37,430 nucleotides of DNA from a virus (taxonomy: Duplodnaviria; Caudoviricetes), in the IMG/VR virus record IMGVR_UViG_3300033475_000094, positions 1 through 37,430 of that record; one strand, 5' to 3'. Shown here in pieces: positions 18,849 to 27,318 of this stretch. The position numbers were made by a program, and so were the translations under genes. Positions within the stretch are counted from its first letter, which is position 1; each line of letters opens with the position of its first letter. A model generated the notes under the pieces. That model was not told the origin of the DNA. It saw only the letters and a list, made by a program, of their open reading frames with translations, and searched no databases.

Positions 18849-19401
18849 ATTCCTCCGTTACAGGGTTGATACCAAGTCGCTTACACTCACGTAGAAATTT
18901 CATATAATGAGGTTGTTGAACCATCTCATTAGCCCGTTTTATAAGGTGTCGCCGAGCCCTTTTCTTTCTCAAACCAGCGCCAGCCTCAGTCTCCACCTGC
19001 TTGAAATATCTAATTGCAACATATGCATCATCACATCGCTCAAGTAATTCATCGGCCGGCGCTTGCGCATCAAGCAATGCCACTAATACTTGAAGCGTTT
19101 TTCTCAATACCTTATAATGGCCGCCTTTGTATTTCAATTGGTTATCAAATCGACTTAAAGGATGATATTTGGAGACTCTATGGTGGCGGGGTTTACGAAT
19201 CTCCAATCCATCATTGCTAATGATGACTCGAGTTTTATCTAAAAGTTCCCATACAGATGCTCTGCCGCCAACAGTATGGTAAAGACGCTCTGCATCAATT
19301 AATGCAGCGATCTCACGAGCATTTTGTGGATAGGAGGTCTCGTGAGACCAAACCCATGTCATAAAACTAACAAATTCGTCAGCGGTTGTTGGCAGCTTCA
19401 T
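18802..19401 (-). CDS. hypothetical protein, probably leaderless
   Basis: 199 aa; TTGACA-N16-TATGCT ends 6 nt before the ATG; no SD. Confidence 0.65.
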   Translation of the reverse strand: MKLPTTADEFVSFMTWVWSHETSYPQNAREIAALIDAERLYHTVGGRASVWELLDKTRVIISNDGLEIRKPRHHRVSKYHPLSRFDNQLKYKGGHYKVLRKTLQVLVALLDAQAPADELLERCDDAYVAIRYFKQVETEAGAGLRKKRARRHLIKRANEMVQQPHYMKFLRECKRLGINPVTEEYDEEAHNHEGPEKGG

Positions 19402-19463
19402 GCAATTAGCATATACAGAAGACAGTGGTTGTCAAACAACTGCATGTTGTTTTTGAACCATTT

Positions 19464-19685
19464 TCACTTCACTCCATTGCGGTTGAGAAAGTCGGAGATT
19501 GCCCACTGCTTTCCAACCTTGGTGATGGTAGCGCTGTGGTCCATGAAGATGTCCGGCTTGCCGTCGGTCCGCTTCCAATATTCCCGCTTCGTCAGAACGT
19601 CATCGTGGCTGTAGCGGAAGCCCCGCCGTTCCAGTTCCTTGGCACAAGCCCGGTTGGTACCGATGAAGACCTTGAAGTCAGTCAT
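19464..19685 (-). CDS. hypothetical protein
   Basis: Operon packing. Confidence 0.6.
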   Translation of the reverse strand: MTDFKVFIGTNRACAKELERRGFRYSHDDVLTKREYWKRTDGKPDIFMDHSATITKVGKQWAISDFLNRNGVK

Positions 19686-19953
19686 TGGCCCGGCTCACTA
19701 GCTTGTCTTCGGGCGCAAGGATCAGGTCGGACGCCGGACATGAACATTCCACCACAACCGGATTTTCCCGATCCGGAAAGAAGGCGGAACAGTCCAGACC
19801 GGAACCATCCGAGAACATGCCCATGCCGGTTGGCTCGCCGTTGAAGAAGATGCTGCGGCTGCCATTGTAGCCACCACGTTCAGAAAAGGCGACGTGCTTG
19901 CAGGACCAACGAAGGTGGGGATGGTTCTTGCAGGTAAGGATCGAGTGTCTCAT
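19678..19953 (-). CDS. Cys/His-containing hypothetical protein
   Basis: AGGAGG RBS; CxxHP..C and C..CxC residues. Confidence 0.7.
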   Translation of the reverse strand: MRHSILTCKNHPHLRWSCKHVAFSERGGYNGSRSIFFNGEPTGMGMFSDGSGLDCSAFFPDRENPVVVECSCPASDLILAPEDKLVSRAND

Positions 19954-19985
19954 GTCTTCCTCCTATTGCCAACAGCAGCGGTTTC

Positions 19986-20114
19986 TCATGTTGTTACGTA
20001 GTGCCAGACGCTGACCCAACGTCGCCAAGGCCAGGCGGTCCAAATTCGACCATACATGTAAACAGAACCACCAAAGCCAACTTTGAATGGCTCAACCATA
20101 TAACAACGAGACAT
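19986..20114 (-). CDS. 42-aa Trp-rich peptide (not in track)
   Basis: GGAGG RBS; ...RIWTAWPWRRWVSVWHYVTT. Confidence 0.5.
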   Translation of the reverse strand: MSRCYMVEPFKVGFGGSVYMYGRIWTAWPWRRWVSVWHYVTT

Positions 20115-20117
20115 GTC

Positions 20118-20249
20118 CTACCTCCGTTTCAGTTCGGCCACAATGGCCATGCGGTAGTTGGTGTTCTTCAGATACTCGGACGCTTCACAGCGGCGCAGTT
20201 CGGCGACCAGCTTCTCGAAGCTCCAGTTCAGGATCCAGGTGAAATACAT
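20118..20249 (-). CDS. 43-aa hypothetical protein (not in track)
   Basis: AAGGAG RBS; MYFTWILNWSFEKLVAELRR... Confidence 0.55.
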   Translation of the reverse strand: MYFTWILNWSFEKLVAELRRCEASEYLKNTNYRMAIVAELKRR

Positions 20250-20252
20250 GGT

Positions 20253-20429
20253 TCACTCCTTCATCAGCTGGGCGAGCTCTTCGTCGTACTGTTGCTCGGA
20301 GATGACGCCGTTTTGAAAGTTCTTCTCCAGCAGGTCCATCTCCAGTTCCTTCTGGGTCTTCCGTGGCCGGGTCCAGGTATTCCTAAAACCATGGCCGTCG
20401 CCGTAGATGTCCTTGCTGTTGCGAAACAT
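20253..20429 (-). CDS. hypothetical protein with short C-terminal helical (SHOCT-like) segment
   Basis: GGAGG RBS; LEKNFQNGVISEQQYDE. Confidence 0.55.
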   Translation of the reverse strand: MFRNSKDIYGDGHGFRNTWTRPRKTQKELEMDLLEKNFQNGVISEQQYDEELAQLMKE

Positions 20430-20431
20430 GT

Positions 20432-20695
20432 TCAGTCCTCCACTTCCAGAAGCTCCAGGGTCCACGTGCAGACATCACCATAGTCACAACTGTAGTTGCC
20501 GTCGCCGAGCTGGGTCAAGTCCTCCGTAAAGATCCTTGCGAGATCACCGCCAAGAAAATTGTCCTCCTTGGCCTCCTCCTTGTACAATTCCTCCAACTTG
20601 TCCAACGCCTTGGACTTATCGCTTTCCTTGTAAAGACCAATGACGCCGGTGCCGTCGTCGGAGTGGACGTGAACGCTCAGGACCCAAAGCTTCAT
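20432..20695 (-). CDS. acidic hypothetical protein
   Basis: GGAGG RBS. Confidence 0.7.
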   Translation of the reverse strand: MKLWVLSVHVHSDDGTGVIGLYKESDKSKALDKLEELYKEEAKEDNFLGGDLARIFTEDLTQLGDGNYSCDYGDVCTWTLELLEVED

Positions 20696-20698
20696 GGT

Positions 20699-20926
20699 TC
20701 AGGCCTCCGTGTAGGGATCGGGTTTGCCGGAGAATGGCCGCAGGTCCCGCAGTCCCGAGATGGGGCTGTAGGTGGCCACCAGCCGGCTGCCCCAGTTCAG
20801 GACAACACTGCGGTCCCAGATGGCGGCCTCGAAGCCAGCCTTGCGAGCCCAAGCTTCAGCTTCCTCGAAAGTTTGGAACTCGGGGGACTCGTTGTGGAGG
20901 TTGGTTAAGGTAACTTGGAACATCAC
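20699..20926 (-). CDS. hypothetical protein
   Basis: AGGAGG RBS. Confidence 0.65.
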   Translation of the reverse strand: MMFQVTLTNLHNESPEFQTFEEAEAWARKAGFEAAIWDRSVVLNWGSRLVATYSPISGLRDLRPFSGKPDPYTEA

Positions 20927-20932
20927 TTCCTC

Positions 20933-21151
20933 CTATATGAAAATGCTGTCGACGTACAACACAGCAGCCTCTTCCTCGTCCGTCGAGTCGAAAAAGCTGG
21001 GATCGGAACCGCCGTTCAGCTTGGACATCATGTCTTCCGCTTCGGACTTTGTTCCGTAGAGGATTGGAAATTCATCCCTCAGATTGTCGCCGTCCTTGTA
21101 GTAGTCCTTGGCGACGACGTAACGGGTCTCTAGGGGCTTTGGGCGTGCCAT
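20933..21151 (-). CDS. hypothetical early protein (MARPKPLE...)
   Basis: Promoter 21178-21205 plus TACCAACTAAGGAG leader fix the start at 21151. Confidence 0.75.
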   Translation of the reverse strand: MARPKPLETRYVVAKDYYKDGDNLRDEFPILYGTKSEAEDMMSKLNGGSDPSFFDSTDEEEAAVLYVDSIFI

Positions 21152-21240
21152 TGTGTCGCTCCTTAGTTGGTATCCGCAGAATAGCACGGCCCGAACTAGA
21201 GTCAAACACTTTTTCAAACGGAAGGTGTTGCACCGCAATA

Positions 21241-21417
21241 TTATTTGATGCGGCGCTTGTACTTGGTTAGGCCCGACGAGAGGATGACGTAGTAGAATTC
21301 AGCGTCTGCGGGGGCATGCTGGGTTTCGTAGAGATAGGCGTCCCGAAACTGCTGGCCCTGCTTCAGGCGCTCCTCGTACTCCTCCCTCGTTAGGGTCTTA
21401 GGCTTCCGTTTTGCCAT
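21241..21417 (-). CDS. hypothetical protein (MAKRKPKTLT...)
   Basis: Start at ATG 21417 within the tail of the upstream ORF. Confidence 0.55.
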   Translation of the reverse strand: MAKRKPKTLTREEYEERLKQGQQFRDAYLYETQHAPADAEFYYVILSSGLTKYKRRIK

Positions 21418-21526
21418 GCTTGCCCTTCCGGCTGTAGACCTTCTTGGACTTGACAACCCGCGGACGGTATTTGGGCGTCCGCAAGTCCGCTGCTACGGTG
21501 TTCCGTCGTTTGCGCTTCTTGGCCAT
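21398..21526 (-). CDS. ArfA-like alternative ribosome-rescue factor homolog, 42 aa (not in track)
   Basis: MAKKRKRRNTVAADLRTPKYRPRVVKSKKVYSRKGKHGKTEA aligns by eye with E. coli ArfA N..A.L..P.FR.RV.K.KK..Y.RKGKHG; GAGGA RBS. Confidence 0.65.
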   Translation of the reverse strand: MAKKRKRRNTVAADLRTPKYRPRVVKSKKVYSRKGKHGKTEA

Positions 21527-21536
21527 AATCCAGTCC

Positions 21537-21869
21537 TCAGTCGTTGATGACCAAAGCGGTCAGTTTCTCCAAATGGGCGGGTAGCTTGTGCCACTTGTTG
21601 GCGACGCTGCGGTCCGCAATGTGGGTAGCCTTGTACCGCCAACCCATAACCTCGTCGTCGTGGGTGTCAACCCCATCCTGCACAAAAAGCACTGAATCTC
21701 CAGTGAGATGGGACACGAGGATGAAGCCAACGTCGCAGGCGTCATCGTAAACCCTACCGTCAAAGCAGCGGCCGCCAGTTCCACCAATGTCCGAAGCCTC
21801 AGCCGTGAAGCAGTTATTGTGGAAGCTGAAATCCCGGGTGCTTTTGTAGGTGCTGCAAATGATAGTCAT
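21537..21869 (-). CDS. hypothetical early protein
   Basis: Promoter 21954-21981; AGGA..CCCAAATG start context. Confidence 0.75.
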   Translation of the reverse strand: MTIICSTYKSTRDFSFHNNCFTAEASDIGGTGGRCFDGRVYDDACDVGFILVSHLTGDSVLFVQDGVDTHDDEVMGWRYKATHIADRSVANKWHKLPAHLEKLTALVIND

Positions 21870-22016
21870 TTGGGCGGTTCCTGTTTTGGGTAGTAAGGGG
21901 AAGCCTTTTGGACTTCCCCCTCCGGGCCCTGTAACGTCCCAGCTGTCACGTGTACCGTAGCATGGGCTGACGCAGAGTCAAACACTTTTTCAAATGAAGA
22001 TGTTGCAATGCACAAA

Positions 22017-22280
22017 GAAAAAGCCCTGGACTAGAGCCAGAGCTGTGCTTAAACCACCAAAAGAGCCATTATGAAACCTTCGAACCCAAAGTCAACTTTG
22101 GATCTTCTAACTCCGTAAAGTGAACCCCTACGGGGCCTTCACTTCGTTACGGCCATTCTTCGAATAACCGAAGTGATTTATATGATCAAGGGTTTTACGG
22201 CTTAGGTAAAACCCATTAGCACTCATGTTTAAAACATGATCACGTGGAATTTATTTCCACAACTAACGATCGGCACTTGA
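22017..22280 (-). ncRNA. hairpin-dense non-coding element; candidate sRNA (or origin-like region)
   Basis: At least 6 short inverted repeats, 3' segment GGCUCUUUUGGUGGU..GCACA similar to the sRNA-B seed, terminator at 22017-22044. Confidence 0.4.
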
Positions 22281-22302
22281 AAAGGGGGCTTAGGCCCCCT
22301 TT
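22280..22302. terminator. bidirectional intrinsic terminator
   Basis: AAAAGGGGGC-TTAG-GCCCCCTTT. Confidence 0.75.
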
Positions 22303-22310
22303 AACACATT

Positions 22311-22427
22311 TTACAATTTGGACAAGTAGCACGCAAAAGCGAACAGCGGACGGAACAGTATATTGGGAAGCTTATGCAGTGGCGAACAGCACAGCTTGAG
22401 ACCCACTTTTGAAAGCATATTGCGCAT
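22311..22427 (-). CDS. 38-aa early peptide (not in track)
   Basis: Promoter 22453-22480, leader TACCAACACAGGAG, MRNMLSKVGLKLCCSPLHKLPNILFRPLFAFACYLSKL, then terminator. Confidence 0.65.
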   Translation of the reverse strand: MRNMLSKVGLKLCCSPLHKLPNILFRPLFAFACYLSKL

Positions 22428-22476
22428 AGCGTGCTCCTGTGTTGGTAGAAGCACGCTAGCACAGTTTGGAGGGTTG

Positions 22477-22854
22477 TCAAGCCTCCAGCGCCTCCTTTAT
22501 GCGGCGCTCCAGGGCGTAGTCAATATCCCTGAGGTAGCAGTAGAAGCCCACGTCCAGCTCGCCGCAGTGGCGGGCGTTATAGGCGTCCATGTCCCAACGG
22601 ATCGCATCAGCCCAGCTCTTCGCCCCAATCTCCATGTAGCGGACCAGGTCCTGCTCCCAGGTCTTCTGAGCCTGGAGCTTGCTGCGGGACTCGGACGCAA
22701 TGCTTTCGTCCAGCTCTTCGCAGAACCCATCCCAGGTGGACTGGAGTTCGTCGTCGGACATGGCAGCATAGTCCAAACGCACCCGGTAACCACGGGCGTC
22801 CTTGGAGAGGTCCGAGATGATCTGGAGCATGCCGTTACGTTCTGCGGGGGTCAT
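22477..22854 (-). CDS. hypothetical early protein (MTPAERNG...)
   Basis: Cassette promoter/leader 22861-22906. Confidence 0.8.
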   Translation of the reverse strand: MTPAERNGMLQIISDLSKDARGYRVRLDYAAMSDDELQSTWDGFCEELDESIASESRSKLQAQKTWEQDLVRYMEIGAKSWADAIRWDMDAYNARHCGELDVGFYCYLRDIDYALERRIKEALEA

Positions 22855-22943
22855 TTCGTTCTCCGTTGTTGGTACGCTACCATAGCACACTTTGGAACAG
22901 AGTCAAACGTTATTTCAAACTATTTTCAAAAGAGTTGGGAGGC

Positions 22944-23303
22944 CTAAGCGGCCTCCCGTTGCTCCTTATTAGCTTTCTTCGCTTTCGCAGCCTCGTCGAG
23001 CTGCTTCCAATACTTGACGATGCGGGAGTAGCCAGTCCGTTCGGAACGCTTTACCCACTTCTGTACGACCCAATCGGGCAAGCACCCATCCTTCAGGTAC
23101 TTCTTGGCACCCAGACAGCCTCCAAAGCCATCCGCCCCCGTAAATCCAACGCCGTTATCAACGTTGGTGGTGTTGGCGTCCTTTTCAGCTGCTGTCTGCC
23201 TCTTAAAGAGCACGACAAGGGCCCTTCCAACCGTATGCATCTGGATGTCGCCACCCTGGTCAATGAGGGCCTGGAGGAAATCACGGGTTACGAGGTGGGT
23301 CAT
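22944..23303 (-). CDS. hypothetical early protein
   Basis: Perfect leader TACCAACAAAGGAG; RQT..E...T...NGVGF motif. Confidence 0.8.
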   Translation of the reverse strand: MTHLVTRDFLQALIDQGGDIQMHTVGRALVVLFKRQTAAEKDANTTNVDNGVGFTGADGFGGCLGAKKYLKDGCLPDWVVQKWVKRSERTGYSRIVKYWKQLDEAAKAKKANKEQREAA

Positions 23304-23393
23304 TGGGATAACTCCTTTGTTGGTATGCCCACGATAGCACAGTTTGGAGTAATGTCAAACAGTTTTTCAAGTTTTTTTTGTGTTTTTTATAGT

Positions 23394-23428
23394 CGTCAGG
23401 GGCCTCCGGGTCCTAAGGTTTGGACCGT
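23394..23428 (-). ncRNA. promoter-proximal conserved RNA motif, copy 1
   Basis: ACGGUCC-AAACCUUA-GGACCCGGAGGCCCCUGACG directly after promoter 23440-23467; no ORF. Confidence 0.55.
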
Positions 23429-23511
23429 CACCCATGCTAACCATAGCATGGGATGATATAATGTCAAGCCACAAAAGGAAACGGGGGCTCCAAGGCCCCC
23501 TTGCTCCTCCC

Positions 23512-23718
23512 TTACATGCTCCAGTAGGTTTCGGAGCTCGGATCGCAGCACAGCGGCGTGTCGACCGGGATGCGGACGAGATTGCCGGACATGAGGTTGG
23601 TGACCACCTTGGTCTGGACGCCCTGCTCGTACTGTTCCTCCATGCTGCGGGCGAAGTCGACGCTGCGGCGAGCGTGGCGGACGAGGCGAGCATGCTTAAC
23701 TTGGCGGGACTTGGACAT
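23512..23718 (-). CDS. hypothetical early protein (MSKSRQVK...CCDPSSETYWSM)
   Basis: Promoter 23769-23796; GGAG..CCCAAATG; followed by terminator 23474-23502. Confidence 0.75.
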   Translation of the reverse strand: MSKSRQVKHARLVRHARRSVDFARSMEEQYEQGVQTKVVTNLMSGNLVRIPVDTPLCCDPSSETYWSM

Positions 23719-23828
23719 TTGGGTTGCTCCGGTAAAGCACCGGGATGGTGCTCTTTGTTGGTATTCGGACCCTAGCACGGATTGATATAGAGTCAACCCA
23801 TAAAGGCCTTGCACCGCAGCAAACGGGT

Positions 23829-24137
23829 TTACTTGCGGCCGCCCTTTTCCCACTTTTGCACCGCAGCAACCAACTCCTCATGGAAATAGTCACCCCGCAT
23901 CGTGCGCTTGATGTCAATACCTCCAAGGAGGCCAAATACCAGAACCCGGGTGGCGGGATTGTAGAAGCCCGGAATATCACTTGACTTCTTGAGCTTTTCG
24001 TGGTTGGTGACTTGGTCACCGTCCAGGGTTGCGATGGCGGTCTCTGTGATGCCATCCTCCGTCCAGCTGAAGTGCACAGTGTAGAAGTGCAGGCCGCCGG
24101 AGCCGTTGCGGTGAGAGACGATTTGGTGAATTTTCAT
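23829..24137 (-). CDS. hypothetical protein
   Basis: AGGAG RBS. Confidence 0.7.
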   Translation of the reverse strand: MKIHQIVSHRNGSGGLHFYTVHFSWTEDGITETAIATLDGDQVTNHEKLKKSSDIPGFYNPATRVLVFGLLGGIDIKRTMRGDYFHEELVAAVQKWEKGGRK

Positions 24138-24146
24138 GTCAATCTC

Positions 24147-24215
24147 CTAGTGCATGAGGCAGGCGACGATGAAGAAACCGACGAACGCAATAACGGCAGT
24201 GTGCCAGGTGGGCAT
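24147..24215 (-). CDS. 22-aa hydrophobic peptide (not in track)
   Basis: GAGGAG RBS; MPTWHTAVIAFVGFFIVACLMH fills the intergenic gap. Confidence 0.45.
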   Translation of the reverse strand: MPTWHTAVIAFVGFFIVACLMH

Positions 24216-24220
24216 TGAAC

Positions 24221-24478
24221 TTACTCCTCTTCGATGGGTTTGTCAAGTGTCATGGGGCGTATTTCAACCCTGAGAGGAGCATCCTCCCAGATGTGCATCA
24301 AGTCACCTGTCATCATGGTGTCAAGGGCAAACTCGATCACCGTGTCCTCGTCGAAGTCGAAATAGGGTGCGGAACGTACGATGGCGGTACCTTCCTCCAG
24401 TGCCTTTTCCAGGCTGGAGTAGATGCCATACTCCATCTCGCCTTCGTAGCTCACGCAAAGCAGGTATTGGGTAATCAT
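24221..24478 (-). CDS. acidic hypothetical early protein
   Basis: Cassette promoter 24504-24531, CCAACAAGGAG leader. Confidence 0.75.
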   Translation of the reverse strand: MITQYLLCVSYEGEMEYGIYSSLEKALEEGTAIVRSAPYFDFDEDTVIEFALDTMMTGDLMHIWEDAPLRVEIRPMTLDKPIEEE

Positions 24479-24542
24479 CTTCGTTCTCCTTGTTGGCGAC
24501 CACATGCTAGCACGAAGCGATGCAGAGTCAACAGCATATTTG

Positions 24543-24575
24543 AAAAAAGTGGCCAGGGCTTTTACACCCTGGCCC
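24543..24575 (-). terminator. intrinsic terminator
   Basis: GGCCAGGG/CCCTGGCC followed by AC and U6. Confidence 0.7.
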
Positions 24576-24585
24576 AGTTGCCCAA

Positions 24586-24858
24586 TTACTCCTCGTCGTC
24601 CTCCAATTCTTCCTCGTCCTCGTCCTCCACTTGGGAACGCAGGGCCTCGATCGTATCCTCCATATTGGTGTTGTGCCCCACGTACATGTGGTCATCGTCC
24701 AGGGACATCACCAGGTGCCCGTACCAGTATGCACGAGCACGCTCGTATTCGCTTGTACCACGAACGATCTCCATGGCCTCCTGGGCCAGGTTCTTGATCT
24801 TGTTCTTGATCTCTTCCAGACGTTCAACGTCCGAAGCCTTTGGGATATTGTTGGGCAT
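24586..24858 (-). CDS. acidic-tailed hypothetical early protein
   Basis: Cassette promoter 24888-24915; leader AACAAACAAAGGAA. Confidence 0.8.
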   Translation of the reverse strand: MPNNIPKASDVERLEEIKNKIKNLAQEAMEIVRGTSEYERARAYWYGHLVMSLDDDHMYVGHNTNMEDTIEALRSQVEDEDEEELEDDEE

Positions 24859-24928
24859 TGGGTGTTCCTTTGTTTGTTAGTGCTGACACTGTAGCACAAA
24901 ACGGCACAGTGTCAAACACTTTTTCAAA

Positions 24929-25165
24929 CTATCTTGCGGTGATGATCACAACGCTTGCGCACTGCGAGGCGTCGAAGTCCTTGTCGTCCTCGTCCACCAC
25001 CTTACACATATTGTGGTAGGATGAGTGCTTGACATAGCCCTCGTCGACGTTCTCCGCAATGGGAGCAACTTGGGTATGCCAGTGATCCCCATAGTTGTAT
25101 GCGAAGTGAACCTCCGCCTCGGGATCCATCTGCTGGAGTTCGGAAATGAGCTCTTCAACGGTCAT
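24929..25165 (-). CDS. hypothetical early protein (MTVEELISELQQMDPEAEV...)
   Basis: Cassette promoter 25199-25226; common phage MTV.EL...L...DP N-terminus. Confidence 0.8.
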   Translation of the reverse strand: MTVEELISELQQMDPEAEVHFAYNYGDHWHTQVAPIAENVDEGYVKHSSYHNMCKVVDEDDKDFDASQCASVVIITAR

Positions 25166-25257
25166 TTGGGCTGTTCCTTTTGTTTGCTTAGTGTCGCCAC
25201 TGTAGCACGGGACGACACTAAGTCAAATAGTTTTTCAAATATTGGTGCTGCGGTGCA

Positions 25258-25521
25258 TTATATCTTCATGCCCACGCGAGCAACGACAACACGGCAGAAG
25301 CGCTTGGGATGGACCCCACCCACATAGCGTGCAGTGACGATAACGCACCCAAGCTTCTTCAAATCGTATTCGTCGAGGTGGGACACATTACGCCAACCAG
25401 TCTCTCGCAACTGCTTTGGAACTTCACTGACTGGCATGCCCCAGAACTTGCCGCCGGCCTCGGTTTGGTAACGGCCAGGCCAGTTGAGCACTGCCTTGAT
25501 AATTGCCTGCTTGGTAAGCAT
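25258..25521 (-). CDS. hypothetical early protein
   Basis: Cassette promoter 25549-25576. Confidence 0.75.
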   Translation of the reverse strand: MLTKQAIIKAVLNWPGRYQTEAGGKFWGMPVSEVPKQLRETGWRNVSHLDEYDLKKLGCVIVTARYVGGVHPKRFCRVVVARVGMKI

Positions 25522-25594
25522 TGGATCTCTCCTTGTTGGTGTGCCCCTACGATAGCACACCAAACCCAATTGTCAAACGTTATTTCAAATTATT

Positions 25595-25960
25595 TCAGGG
25601 CTTCCACTTGTAGTTGGGGTCGTACTCCCTGTTGATCCGCTGGATGCCCTCGAAGGCGAGTTCGCTGTGGGTTTTTGTTTTGTCAAGCTTAATCTTGCCC
25701 TTCTTGGTAGCCTTGCGGATGTCGCGGACATGGTGTCCCCATGTCTTGCCGCCGTCGAAGGAGAACTGGGTATAGCCAATGCTCTTCAGCTTGCGAACGA
25801 GCATGCCATACGTGCTCTCATGGAACTTGAAGCCTCGTTCCCATGACCCGCTCTGCCCGCTTGTCGTGTTCTTGCCGACAGTGGCCTCAAAGTTACGAAC
25901 CTTCACTTTCTTGCCCTGATTGGCAAGGTAGAATTCCTTAGTATGTTGAAACTTGGGCAT
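25595..25960 (-). CDS. basic hypothetical early protein
   Basis: Cassette promoter 25987-26014. Confidence 0.8.
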   Translation of the reverse strand: MPKFQHTKEFYLANQGKKVKVRNFEATVGKNTTSGQSGSWERGFKFHESTYGMLVRKLKSIGYTQFSFDGGKTWGHHVRDIRKATKKGKIKLDKTKTHSELAFEGIQRINREYDPNYKWKP

Positions 25961-26031
25961 CTTCGTTCTCCGTTGTTGGTATGCAGACACTAGCACACAT
26001 CGACACAGAGTCAAACGTTATTTCAAACAAA

Positions 26032-26265
26032 TTATTTCTTCAGATGGACCTCGTTGGGGTCGACTTCTCGGCCGGCCTGTGTTACATACCAGCCGTCGTT
26101 CCCGTCGGTCACCTTGCAGCCCACATAGCCATCGTTCTCCAGGGTACGCAGGGCACGTCGCACCCTGGACCACGTTGAGTTAATCTCCATTGCTATGTCA
26201 GCTGAGCTGGTGGGCCAACGACCAGGAGCTCTGAGGTAGATGAGTACAGCACGACCAATGTTCAT
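26032..26265 (-). CDS. small winged-helix DNA-binding protein
   Basis: TSSADIAMEINSTWSRVRRALRTLENDGYV + beta-wing ending WYVTQAG; AAGGAGG RBS. Confidence 0.7.
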   Translation of the reverse strand: MNIGRAVLIYLRAPGRWPTSSADIAMEINSTWSRVRRALRTLENDGYVGCKVTDGNDGWYVTQAGREVDPNEVHLKK

Positions 26266-26267
26266 TG

Positions 26268-26555
26268 TCAACCCTCCTTCAGGATGCCAAACAGGGCCCA
26301 CTTGCCAATGCGGGGCCACTCAGCCCAGCTGTGCTTGCACTTGCAGACACGAAGATCGGTGTACTTGTCAAGCTGAATATACTCATGTGCAGCGGCCCAG
26401 TCATAATCGAAATACTTGACTTCCCGATCCGGGTTAACCGCATACACCGTACCCAGCATGTTCTCCCACAACAGGGGTTTATGTTTCTGGGTATAGGACT
26501 TTTTGGCTCTGGAAGCACCTGCGAACACGTCGCTGGGTTGGGGCTTCTTGGGCAT
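26268..26555 (-). CDS. hypothetical early protein
   Basis: Cassette promoter 26587-26614. Confidence 0.75.
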   Translation of the reverse strand: MPKKPQPSDVFAGASRAKKSYTQKHKPLLWENMLGTVYAVNPDREVKYFDYDWAAAHEYIQLDKYTDLRVCKCKHSWAEWPRIGKWALFGILKEG

Positions 26556-26660
26556 TGGGTAACTCCTATTGTTTGTTGGTACGCTATCAATAGCACACTA
26601 AGAAACAATGTCAACCCGAAGAATGGAGCGGGGAGCCTTTTTAGGGGCTCCCCTTTTCCG

Positions 26661-26942
26661 TTACTCCGCCGAGGGCTCGAGCGCATTGCGCTCCTTCATG
26701 TTGCTGAGCACTTCCCAGGTGTCGAAGCACTGCTTCTGCATGGGCTTGCTGGCGGCGAGCGTCTTGTACGCCGCAACCAGGGCGCCGGCCTTGATGTGCT
26801 CGGCGATCTTGGCCGCAGCCTTCGCCGCAGTGCCGAAGCGCTTGGCAGCGTTCTTGTCCTCGGACTTCTTGGCGAGGCGGGCATTGCGACGCTCGACACG
26901 GCCAGCGAGTTCGATGTGACGGGTGGGATTGAAGATCTGCAT
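26661..26942 (-). CDS. Ala/Lys-rich hypothetical early protein
   Basis: Cassette promoter 26996-27023; leader CCAACCAACCAACAGAAGGAG. Confidence 0.75.
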   Translation of the reverse strand: MQIFNPTRHIELAGRVERRNARLAKKSEDKNAAKRFGTAAKAAAKIAEHIKAGALVAAYKTLAASKPMQKQCFDTWEVLSNMKERNALEPSAE

Positions 26943-27042
26943 GGTGTAACTCCTTCTGTTGGTTGGTTGGATTTACGTCTCTGCTTACATTTCCGACTTT
27001 AGCACCTATTTGAGCAATGTCAAATAGTATTTCAAACTTTTT

Positions 27043-27318
27043 TCAGTCCTGGTCAGTACGCCCGACCCACTTGAGACTGCACACACCTGGAAAGAAGGAT
27101 TGGGTATGTCCGTCCATCTTAACGTAAATGCGGCCAGTGCTGCCACCGTGCCTCGGGAGCTCGATGCTCTCCAGCTCGCAAACCTCATTGCGGAACGTCT
27201 GGAGGATATCACCGGGCTTGGCTTCAATCCCTGTCGTCTCGTGTACAAGCTTGGGCACGAGGTAAGGCTGGGATTGGGTGTTCTGCGGTCCCATTGGATG
27301 GATCACTTTGCGCTTCAT
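27043..27318 (-). CDS. hypothetical early protein
   Basis: Cassette promoter 27408-27435; GGAG..CCCAAATG. Confidence 0.75.
   Translation of the reverse strand: MKRKVIHPMGPQNTQSQPYLVPKLVHETTGIEAKPGDILQTFRNEVCELESIELPRHGGSTGRIYVKMDGHTQSFFPGVCSLKWVGRTDQD

Noticed and set aside
22363-27002. Long + strand ORFs (22363..22947, 22866..23456, 24215..24880, 26265..27002)
   Set aside because: Antisense shadows of GC-rich minus-strand genes; they run across promoters and terminators and lack RBSs
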